Assembly (NCBI GenBank): GCA_002269645.1
Contig: NIVC01001130.1
Span: forward strand, 289,815 to 353,814
Length of the DNA: 64,000 nt
Direction of reading: 5' to 3'
Source: Macrostomum lignano
Lineage: Eukaryota
The position numbers were made by a program, and so were the translations under genes. This document shows positions 53,616-64,000 of this stretch, in pieces; the first letter of the stretch is position 1, and every line of letters starts with the position of its first letter. The notes under the pieces are model-generated. The model was not told the origin of the DNA. It saw only the letters and a program-made list of their open reading frames with translations, and searched no databases.

Positions 53616-55130
53616 TTGTGTCAGGACTGTGCCATGGGGAAATCAAGCTTGTGTCAGGACTGTGCCATTTGAGAAATCACACTTGTGTCAGGACTGTGCC
53701 ATTTTAGAAATCACACTTGTGTCAGGACTGTGCCATTTGAGAAATCAAATTTGTGTTAGGACTGTGCCATTTGAGAAATCACACTTGTGTCAGGACTGTG
53801 CCATTTGAGAAATCACACTTGTGTCAGGACTGTGTTATTTAAGAAATCACACTTGTGTCAGGACTGTGCCATGGGGAAATCAAGCTTGTGTCAGGACTGT
53901 GCCATTTGAGAAATCAAACTTGTGTCAGGACTGTGCCATTTGAGAAATCACACTTGTGTCAGGACTGTGCCATTTGAGAAATCAAACTTGTGTTAGGACT
54001 GTGCCATTTGAGAAATCACACTTGTGTCAGGACTGTGCCATTTGAGAAATCACACTTGTGTCAGGACTGTGTTATTTAAGAAATCACACTTGTGTCAGGA
54101 CTGTGCCATTTGAGAAATCACACTTGTGTCAGGACTGTGTTATTTAAGAAATCACACTTGTGTCAGGACTGTGTCATTTGAGAAATCACACTTGTGTCAG
54201 GACTGTACCATTTGAGAAATCACACTTGTGTCAAGCCTCTGCTATTTGAGAAATCAAATTTGTGTCAGGACTGTACCATTTGAGAAATCAAACTTGTGTC
54301 AGGACTGTGCCATTTGAGAAATCACACTTGTGTCAGGACTGTGCCATTTGAGAAATCACACTTGTGTCAGGACTGTGTTATTTAAGAAATCACACTTGTG
54401 TCAAGCCTCTGCTATTTGAGAAATCACACTTGTGTCAGGACTGTGTTATTTAAGAAATCACACTTGTGTCAAGCCTCTGCTATTTGAGAAATCAAACTTG
54501 TGTCAGGACTGTACCATTTGAGAAATCAAACTTGTGTCAGGACTGTGCCATTTGAGAAATCAAACTTGTGTCAGGACTGTGCCATTTGAGAAATCACACT
54601 TGTGTCAGGACTGTGCCATTTGAAAAATCACACTTGTGTCAGGACTGTACCATTTGAGAAATCACACTTGTGTCAGGACTGTACCATTTGAGAAATCAAA
54701 CTTGTGTCAGGACTGTGCCATTTGAGAAATCACACTTGTGTCAGGACTGTACCATTTGAAAAATCACACTTGTGTTAAGCCTCTGCTATTTGAGAAATCA
54801 AACTTGTGTCAGGACTGTACCATTTGAGAAATCAAACTTGTGTCAGGACTGTGCCATTTGAGAAATCAAACTTGTGTCAGGACTGTGCCATTTGAGAAAT
54901 CACACTTGTGTCAGGACTGTGCCATTTGAGAAATCACACTTGTGTCAGGACTGTGCCATTTGAGAAATCACACTTGTGTCAGGACTGTGCCATTTGAGAA
55001 ATCACACTTGTGTCAGGACTGTGCCATTTGAGAAATCAAACTTGTGTCAGGACTGTACCATTTGAGAAATCAAACTTGTGTCAGGACTGTGCCATTGAGA
55101 AATCAAACTTGTGTCAGGACTGTGCCACTT
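53616..55130. repeat. 34-bp minisatellite, ~44 copies (ttgtgtcaggactgtgccatttgagaaatcacac)
   Basis: Direct, period 34. Confidence 0.97.
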
Positions 55131-55647
55131 AAAAAGCATTAAGCAGAGCAGTGAGTCTGGTCCGGCAGCAGTTAAGGATCCTTCATGGGACCTCTCGGTC
55201 ACGCTATAATGACAGCCTAAAACTCTCCGCTTAGCAACGCAGGGATTCCGCTACAGGAACTTATTTATCCAGCTAAAATTAGGACAGCTGTCAGAACAAT
55301 GCGGCCTGTCCCCAGTCTGCTCAGAGAGATTTGTTAAGAGAGTCAGCCAGTCTTCAAATCCGCTTACCGATTTCCGCAGAGTCCACTGCATTAAGTCCAC
55401 TACAAAGGCAGTCAAAGAATGATCTCGGGAACCCAGTCTCCCCCAGCCTTTGTCAATTCGGCTTTGCCGACCAGCTGGCATCCGCTTGCAACGATTCTGA
55501 CATTGTGCCAGCCTTGTCAATCAATTTTACGAAATTAAAGAAGTTTAATAAAGCTTTGTCGGCAGTCTGAAATGTGTTAATCTTACAGCTATTATTTCGA
55601 TACATATCGTCTTAAATCTAGATAATTGGCACATTGTAAAATTGGCG

Positions 55648-56485
55648 CATCCTGAAGTTGTAAAAGTACATATCCTGAAGTTATAAAAGTACATATCCTG
55701 AAGTTGTAAAAGTACACATCCTGAAGTTGTAAAAGTACACATCCTGAAGTTGTAAAAGTACACATTCTGAAATTTTTAAAGTACACATCCTCAAGTTGTA
55801 AAAGTTCACATCTTGAAGTTTAAACAATGGCACATTCAGAAGCTGTAAAAATGGCACATCCTGAAGCTGTAAATTGGCACATTCAGAAGCTGTAAAAATG
55901 GCACATCCTGAATCTGTAAAAATGGCACATTCAGAAGCTGTAAAAATGGCACATCCTGAAGCTGTAAAAATGGCACATCCTGAAGCTGTAAAAATGGCAC
56001 ATCCTGAAGCTGTAAAAATGGCACATCCTGAATCTGTAAAAATGGCACATTCAGAAGCTGTAAAAATGGCACATCCTGAAGCTGTAAAAATGGCACATCC
56101 TGAAGCTGTAAAAATGGCACATCCTGAAGCTGTAAAAATGGCACATCCTGAAGCTGTAAAAATGGCACATCCTGAAGCTGTAAACAATGGCACATCCTGA
56201 AGCTGTAAAAATGGCACATCCTGAAGCTGTAAAAATGGCACATCCTGAAGCTGTAAAAAATGGCACATCCTGAAGCTGTAAAAATGGCACATCCTGAATC
56301 TGTAAAAAATGGCACATCCTGAAGCTGTAAAAATGACACATCCAGAAGCTGTAAAAATGGCACATCCTGAAGCTGTAAAAATGGCACATCCTGAAGCTGT
56401 AAAAATGGCACATCCTGAATCTGTAAAAAATGGCACATCCTGAATCTGTAAAAATGGCACATCCTGAAGTTGTAAAAATGGCATA
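55648..56485. repeat. Bipartite 23-bp then 24-bp minisatellite (catcctgaagttgtaaaagtaca / catcctgaagctgtaaaaatggca)
   Basis: Direct. Confidence 0.97.
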
Positions 56486-56978
56486 CCTGATATTGCACAA
56501 AAATACAATTTAAAGATGATGGATATTAAACAGAGTAATTTCATGATAATTTGTGAACTATCCACTAATTAACAATGTGTATGAAAAAATGATTTCTTCA
56601 TAATAGGCCAAAAACAGGCCTTGACTTTGACTCGCCCACTGGGCGGTGCCCGCAGCAGCAGATGAGAGTGCAAAAACAACTAACTGCCAGCAGCAGCAGC
56701 CGCCTCTCCAGCCACTCCCAGCAATTCTGCTCTAAACAGCGCTGAGTGGCTGCCCAGACTCACTCGCAAATTATTGCTGGGCGAGGGATGGGGCGGGTCT
56801 CTTGGCCCTTAATACTTAATTAATACGCGGAAGTTAAGGGCAGTCAGCTATGCATATAAGCTTGCGGTTTACCAGAAATACCTGGGAGTGGCCTCATCAT
56901 TATTTCCAACTGACGAAGGGCGGAAGTAAAAAAAGCTAAAAAGACAAGGAAAGAAGACGCAAAACAACCATTGTAACA

Positions 56979-57284
56979 ATGGCACTGTCTTACGCGTCCT
57001 CTGAGTCGGAGTTTGGCCGCCCAGGCCTCCAGGTGCGCAGCCGCTGTGCCTCGGTGTCCAATCTGGCCGACCGGGACCTTCTGGACACCAGTCGGCCGCT
57101 GTTCACTCAGCTGCGCCGCGGCGCCGCCCTGCCGGAGGAACTGCACACCCGCGGCGGCTGGTCGCTGACCACGGAGCCCCGGCTGGCAGGCCTCATGACC
57201 GCCATCATTGAGGACAACTACAACAGGGTGCCCGACTTCCTTCCGCTGCTGCGGGAGCTGGCGGCCCGCCTCTCCGGCTTTCAG
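56979..57284 (+). CDS. TRPA-family channel exon 1 (start codon not certain)
   Basis: GC3-rich ORF from ATG 56979, donor GTGCGC at 57285, phase 0. Confidence 0.7.
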
Positions 57285-57309
57285 GTGCGCCTGTTGATGG
57301 TTTGATAGA

Positions 57310-57622
<313 letters not shown>

Positions 57623-57636
57623 TTACCACACCGCAG

Positions 57637-58713
57637 GCGGAGCTCACCACCCGATCCGGGGTGAAGATCTCCTGCCGTTCGCTGTTCCTGGGCCACCTGC
57701 TGTGCCTGTGCGCCAGTCCCCGGGTGCTCCAGCTGCTGCAGGCCAGCTCAGGCGTCCTATCGCCGGCCCTGTTCGCCAAGAAGGTGAACCTCAGCATCGA
57801 CTTTGCCCCCGGCTGCAGCCTGCCGGCTGACTCGGTGTTCGCCCCGGAGCAGCGCCGCCTGGACTGGCGCGGCGTCCCCAGCTTCTTCATGCCGGTGCTG
57901 CGGGACAGTTTCGACGCTCTGGACTGGCTGCTTCGCCGCGGCTACCTGCGCAAGCTGGCCGACACAGACGAGGACGGGCGGAACATCCTGCACGCCTGCG
58001 TGGAGCTGGAGAGCCCCTTCGTGCTTGCCAGCCTGCTGGCGAAGCTCGGCGAGGCCCAGCTGCAGGCTCTGCTGCGCCAGGCTGAGCGGGGCCGTCTCAG
58101 CCTGGCGACGCCGCTGTTGAAGGCCTGCGCCGCCAGCAGCACCGCCATGCTGTTCGCCCTGCTGCGCGGCCTGCCGACGGCTTTCCTGACAGGCGGCGAG
58201 CTGGACGCGTCCGGCGTGTCGGAGAGCCTCCTGTGCGCCGTCATCTCTCACGTGAAAGACCCGGCAGTGGCCGGCGACCTTGTCGATTTTCTGCTACGCC
58301 GAGGCGCCGTCCCCGACGCCGCCTACTTCGACAAGCGCTGCTGTCTGGACGTGGCCATCGGCAGCGAGCACTTCAGCGGGCGAGACCTCTGCCGCCTGGT
58401 TCAGCGGCTCGTCTCGGCCGGAGCTCGCGTCGACCTTGGCGTCATGATCACCTGCCTGAGCTGCAGCTTCCGCACCGACCAGGAGATCCTGGAGATCGCC
58501 TGCGAGCTGCTGTCGGCGGCTGGCGCCGAGGCGCTGTGCGATGCGCACCAGAGCGAGCTTCGCGAACTCGGCGAGGAGAGCCTGGACATGGCCTCCAATG
58601 TGGTGGTGCAGATGCTCCGCAACCCGCAGGTGTCCCCGGCCACGGTCAGGACTCTGTTGAAGCACTTCGCCCGGTACATCAACATATCGGCGGTGTTCCC
58701 GACTGTGCCTCAG
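57637..58713 (+). CDS. TRPA-family channel exon 2 (ankyrin repeats)
   Basis: [52 protein letters not shown]; AG at 57635-57636, GT at 58714. Confidence 0.85.
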
Positions 58714-59057
58714 GTGCGGGTTGGCTTACTGTGTTTCATTTCCTGTGCTTCACTTCTAATCCATACTTTCTGGGTCAGCTTTTTCGATTCCAAGCTCGGG
58801 TGGCGTCCAGTCTGCCTTTTGAAAAATGATTGATATGAAGGCCAATTGCAGCAAGAGGAACTATTAATCAACTGGCCGGGAGGGAATGAGGGGCAGCTGC
58901 AGTTATTCGACTGGGAGCTTGCTTGTGCTAATTACTGAGGCTATGAATGTACTTTAAAGTTTCACTGAGTCCACACAATCAATCAGTTCACACAATTCAC
59001 CAGTTCACACAATCCACCAGTTCACACAATCAGTTCACACAATTCCTCACTCAACAG

Positions 59058-60840
59058 CTGGCCGCCGCCCTCGTCCAAGGCATCAGCGCCGAGCTCCACG
59101 TGGTCTCTTCGACATCGGCTGCGTCGGCCTCGGCGTCGGCATCGTCAACCGCCGCGCCAGCCGGCGTCGCCCGGTCGCCACGCTGAGCCCCGCCAGCCTC
59201 GGCCAGGTGCTGGAGTGCCTGGGCAGCTTCGCGGCCTCGGCCAGCTCGGACTCGATTCGGCGGCAGCGCTACACGGACAGCCTGTTCCACCACATCATGC
59301 ACCAGCTGTTCGGGAGACCGACCTCGGCCAGTCCGCACTGCCCAAGGAGAAGCTGAACAAGCTGCTGCCGGAGTACCTGACGGTGATGGAGGAGGCGCAG
59401 CTGGACATGAACGCCGTGGTGGGACGGTCGGGTCTCGATGTTCGCCGCATTCGAAGCGGCCGGCAGTCCCGGCTGGCTGTCGCTCAGCTTGCTTCGGAAA
59501 ATTCCAGCCAGCTTCGGTTGAACATCCGGGACAAGCGCGGCAACAATCTCGCGGTCGTGCTGATGCGCGCCTTCAGCCAGCGCTACCGGATGCTGCTGGC
59601 CGGCCTGCGGACCCTGCGGAGCCGCGGCTTCAACTTCTCCGGCCTGGTGCTCGGCCGCTACACCCTCATCATGGCCTTCGCCGAGATCTGCGGCTCCGGT
59701 CTGAAGGCGCTGGAGGCGCAGGGCACGATAGACGAGGAGCGGGTGCAGCAGTTCATGGAGGTGTTTCGCTACCTGGTCGCAGAGGGCGTCAGCGTCGAGC
59801 ACAGCTTCAGCCACAAAGACGTTGATGACTGCGTGGTGACGGTGAACGCTCTGTCGCTGGCGATGTCGCACGGCGTCTCGGTGCTGGCGCTCGAGCTGCT
59901 CCGCTTTCATCCGCGCCTGCTGCTCAGCGTGCGGCCATCGACGGTGCTGCACAGCGTCCAGAAGTTCCCGGAGCTGCTAGAGATGCTCAACTCGGGCACG
60001 CCGTGCTGCTCCCTGAGCCAGCCGGAGCCGACCCCGCCGCCTCTCAAGCCGCACCTCGCCAACGGGAACGGCGGAGACAATCCGGGATTCGAGGCGTCTC
60101 TGAAGCACCTGCCCGCCAAGTCAGCATCGTCGGCATCAACGGCGTCGCAGCAGCAGCCGCTGGACTCCCTGATCCGCCACAGCTGGCACAGGTACATGCA
60201 GCTGCACCACTGCGACCTCCTCAAGCAGGCCGTTGAAGACGAAGCCGCGCTGGAGACTTTGTGCTGGTCTACGACTTCTTCCAGACCTGCGAGACCGTCC
60301 AGCCGCCTGCGGAAGTCGACGCAGTCGAGGAGAACGACCTCGCTCGACGGGCCAGCCGCCGGCATCAGCAGAAGCGGCAGCAGACGCAACATCGTCGCCG
60401 CGGCCTTCTTGTGACCGGAGTTCGCGCCAGCCAGCAAGGGATTTTCCGGGACCCGCTGGAGCCGCAGGACCGGATGCACTCCCGCCTGATGCGCGTCATC
60501 GCCAGCAACGCCACGCTGAAGAGCCACCCAATGATCTCCGAGTACCTGCAGCGGTTCTACGTGAACGCCTTCTTCATGGCCGTGCTCATGAACCTGTTCC
60601 ACTTCGCTTACCTGGTGCTGCTGGTGGGTCACCTGTCCTGGATCATCGTTAACCCGGCCGGAGTGTCCAACTACTTTTCCGGCTTTCACCTGCAGCATCA
60701 GGGCACCGGCTCGCTGAATGGCGTGGCCGGTTTCTACCGCTGCGACTGCTGCTCTGCGAGGAGCCGCCACCGTCAGGCCTCGAGCTGGTCGAGTGCGAGG
60801 AGCCGCCGCTCAACGCCAGCTGCTCAGTGTGCTCAGCAGA
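59058..60840 (+). CDS. TRPA-family channel exon 3 (ankyrins, linker, pre-S1, S1); 1-nt deletions at ~59096, ~59312, ~60259; 3' donor uncertain (60827 or 60841)
   Basis: LNIRDKRGNN, FRYLVAEGVSVE, (F)VLVYDFFQ, HPMISEYLQRFYVNAFFMAVLMNL aligns without gaps to the TRPA1 pre-S1/S1 segment as I recall it. Confidence 0.75.
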
Positions 60841-60897
60841 GTACTGATCTCAATAGCTGCATAGAGACTGGTGAGGCGATTTTCTCTCGCTGTCCAG

Positions 60898-61458
60898 TGC
60901 TAGATTTCGATCCGGACGGCCGTTCTGGGTGGAGCCGGCGCAGTACATCCTCTTGCTGCTGTCCGGGCTCTGCTTCGCCAAAGAGGCCCTTCAATTGTTG
61001 GCAAATTTTCGCGTCTACGGCAGCAACTGGGCGCCAAACGCCATCGAGTTGCTGATGTACAGCCTGATCTTCCTGTCCTGCCTGAACGTCTCCGAGTGCC
61101 CCTGGTCCAGCGGATTCGCGAGGCCTGGCAGCGGGATGTCTCGGTGGCGGCCGCCTTCCTGGCCTGGTCGATTATGTTCTTCTACTTGTCTCGCTTCCAG
61201 GCCTTCAGCACCTACGTGATGATGTTTTACACGGCAGTGCGCACCGGACTGGGGGTGCTCGTGGCCTTCCTCTGCTTCATCATGGGCTTCGTGCACGTCT
61301 TCCACATGCTGCTGGGCAATCAGTACAACTTTCGCAGCCTGTGGACGGCCTTCTTCAAGACATGCGACATGATGTTCGGCGGCCTGGACTACAACGAGAT
61401 TTTCAGTTCCAGTTATAACAAGGACGACGGTACAATCAGCATGGCCGATGGGAAAGTG
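60898..61458 (+). CDS. TRPA-family channel exon 4 (S2-S5, pore helix, filter); 1-nt deletion at ~61100
   Basis: AG at 60896-60897; AFLAWSIMFFYLSRF, YVMMF, FHMLL, FRSLWTAFFKTCDMMFGGLDYNEIF; donor GTATGA at 61459. Confidence 0.85.
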
Positions 61459-61629
61459 GTATGAAACTGTAACTGATGACTCATTGCCTGCTTATGCGCT
61501 TGAGGCTGGCTGTTTATTAAATATCAGTGCATGTGCACTCAAACGAGTTTAAGCGAAATTTCGTGGTTTGTGGACTTTTTTACTATATAGTAGTTCGCCC
61601 GACCCGCTGCTAGTAAACCCTTCTCCGCT

Positions 61630-61875
61630 AGTGACCACTTGGCTAGTGACCCCCTTGGCTAGTGACCCCCTCGGCTAGTGACTCCTCTCGGCTAGTGACT
61701 CCTCTCGGCTAGTGACCCCTCTCAGCTAGTGACCCCTCTCAGCTAGTGACCCCTCTCGGCTAGTGACCCCTCTCGGCTAGTGACCCTCTCAGCTAGTGAC
61801 CCCCTCTCGGCTAGTGACCCTCTCGGCTAGTGACCCTCTCAGCTAGTGACCCCTCTCGGCTAGTGACCCCCTCAG
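61630..61875. repeat. ~17-bp minisatellite (ggctagtgacccctctc) in TRPA intron
   Basis: Direct. Confidence 0.93.
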
Positions 61876-61938
61876 CTGGTGGGCCCACATCATCAGCGAT
61901 ACGATGGATCTTGAATATTACCTCACCTGTACTGGCAG

Positions 61939-62106
61939 GTACGCAACGAGACCTACGCTCGCATAGTGTACTTCATATTCATTGTGACCATGCCCGTGGT
62001 GCTGATGAACCTCTTCATCGCCTCATTGTCGGCGACGTGCAGCAGATCAACGCCGATGCTGAAGTGAAAACCTGGGTCAACTGCGTAGCCTTCATCGACG
62101 TCACCT
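61939..62106 (+). CDS. TRPA-family channel exon 5 (S6 and TRP-like helix); 1-nt deletion at ~62020
   Basis: IVYFIFIVTMPVVLMNLFI(G)LIVGDVQQI matches the TRPA MP..LMNLLIGLAVGDI motif; donor GTGAGT at 62107. Confidence 0.88.
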
Positions 62107-62203
62107 GTGAGTCACCAGTTGCTGTGCGTTGGCGAATTGCTAAACTTGAGTCTAAATTACTAAACTTATCTGTCTTCTCCTCTCTCTCTCCAAATCCGTG
62201 CAG

Positions 62204-62361
62204 ACGACATGCTTCGCTGGAGCAGCAGCCTCGGTCGCTGCTGTCAACGTCGTCAATCTACGAAAGACGGTCGCGAAGCCGAAGCATCGAACGGAGACGG
62301 CGGCAGCGGCTCCGCAGAGCTCAGCGACTGCCGTCATATCCGGCTGCAGTCGCTGAGCAAA
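62204..62361 (+). CDS. TRPA-family channel exon 6
   Basis: AG at 62202-62203, phase 1 in, phase 0 donor at 62362. Confidence 0.6.
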
Positions 62362-62384
62362 GTGTGAGCAGGGTCGCATCTCCG

Positions 62385-62937
62385 ACTACCCCTGCTACCC
62401 CCGCTGCCCCTGCTACCCCACTGCCCCTGCTACCCCACTGCCCCTGCTACCCCCACTGCCCCTGCTACCCCCGCTGCCCTGCTACCCCCACTGCCCCTGC
62501 TACCCCACTGCCCCTGCTACCCCCACTGCCCCTGCTACCCCCACTGCCCTGCTACCCCCACTGCCCCTGCTACCCCCACTGCCCCTGCTACCCCCACTGC
62601 CCTGCTACCCCACTGCCCCTGCTACCCCCACTGCCCCTGCTACCCCCGCTGCCCCTGCTACCCCCACTGCCCTGCTACCCCCACTGCCCCTGCTACCCCC
62701 ACTGCCCCTGCTACCCCACTGCCCTGCTACCCCCACTGCCCCTGCTACCCCCACTGCCCCTGCTACCCCCGCTGCCCTGCTACCCCACTGCCCCTGCTAC
62801 CCCCACTGTCCCTGCTACCCCCACTGCCCCTGCTACCCCACTGCCCTGCTACCCCCACTGCCCTGCTACCCCACTGCCCCTGCTACCCCGCTGCCCCTGC
62901 TACCCCCACTGCCCCTGCTACCCCCACTGCCCCTGCT
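62385..62937. repeat. C-rich ~18-bp minisatellite (ccccactgcccctgctac) in TRPA intron
   Basis: Direct. Confidence 0.95.
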
Positions 62938-62983
62938 AACTCAGCTGCTTCCACTGACTCTGCAACCCGCTGCCTGCCCGCAG

Positions 62984-63253
62984 TCTCTGGTGACGACCCT
63001 CCTCGGCCTGGTCAGCGGCCGGGAGCTGTGCCGTCGACTTTTGGCCTGCGAGAAACGAAAAATGCGAGTGAAAATTCTCGCCAAAAGCCTCCACGACCGC
63101 CTGCCGTTCCTGTACACTGTTTACGACCCCCAGGTGACCGGAAATGAGGACTTCGACCTCGGCGACGAAGCCGGCACGGACCCTGTCAAAGATGATGGTC
63201 ACACGGAAACCACGAGGCTGGCGCTAACGGAGAGCGCGGCGGAGACCCTCTGA
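62984..63253 (+). CDS. TRPA-family channel exon 7 (C-terminal; true end uncertain)
   Basis: AG at 62982-62983; open frame to TGA 63251-63253; a further GT-AG intron follows at 63289-63602. Confidence 0.55.
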   Translation, partial: SLVTTLLGLVSGRELCRRLLACEKRKMRVKILAKSLHDRLPFLYTVYDPQVTGNEDFDLGDEAGTDPVKDDGHTETTRLALTESAAETL

Positions 63254-63297
63254 GACGGCTGGCCGTTCCAGAGGATGTACAGGCTGATGTGAGCTAT

Positions 63298-63596
<299 letters not shown>

Positions 63597-64000
63597 ACGC
63601 AGAGATCCTGACCAAGAGCTACCCCATAACTGTACACAGGATCCGTTCTTGAGGCTCCGCGGACACAGTGATCTTCCCGAACAAGCTCACTAGACTGAGA
63701 GCTCAGAACACGGACGCCTCCTCGGACACGTGGGAGACCGGGATCTGATGCCGAAATCTGCTATTTTGAACAATTTTGAGTTAAATGAAGTGATGGGAGT
63801 TATGAATTTTCATCTGCAGCACATCAAAGAAACAGCTAATTATTTCCTTGACTCATCATCATGGACCTGCTCTCCACCTTGCAAAATCACTCAGTTGCCC
63901 CAGCATCCTTGAACTCAATGAACTCAAAGCTATATTGGGATTTTTGTGCTCAGTGCGTCTCTCATTCATTAATAATTTATATCGTACACTCCTTACAAGA

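Noticed and set aside
60871-60897. 27-nt GT-AG micro-intron in TRPA
   Set aside because: Too short and phase-incompatible with the downstream frame; upstream donors at 60827 or 60841 fit better

Overview
Eukaryotic (animal) genomic DNA with spliceosomal GT-AG introns, GC-rich exons and dense intronic/intergenic mini- and microsatellites. The style resembles a free-living flatworm such as Macrostomum; this is inference, not proven. Four host genes can be assembled by hand: (1) a 7-exon G-protein alpha-s subunit (+, 10244-23953, 379 aa, intact); (2) a 4-exon type II membrane GH65/PGGHG-like protein (+, 27585-30980, 944 aa) whose catalytic motifs look degenerate; (3) a 3-exon DM+DMA-domain Dmrt factor of the DMRTA2/Dmrt99B class (-, 45511-39232); (4) a multi-exon ankyrin-repeat TRPA-family channel (+, 56979 to ~63253/63652). 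Mobile DNA includes a full-length APE-RT-RNaseH LINE (LOA/R1-like, -, 47126-52908, 12-bp TSD), a decayed Crypton-like tyrosine recombinase (1-800), several non-autonomous TIR elements with visible TSDs, and a tRNA-derived SINE. The most unusual structures are: Dmrt promoter+exon 1 enclosed by two direct arrays of a 23-bp unit carrying TGACTCA and TGACAG; two inverted, mutually homologous minisatellites upstream of the TRPA gene; a 2-kb (CTAA)n tract; and a CpG-depleted domain ending inside the Gs gene. At least 13 single-base deletions break ORFs between 39.8 and 62 kb; these are most likely long-read consensus errors, so frameshifted genes there should not be called pseudogenes without checking.
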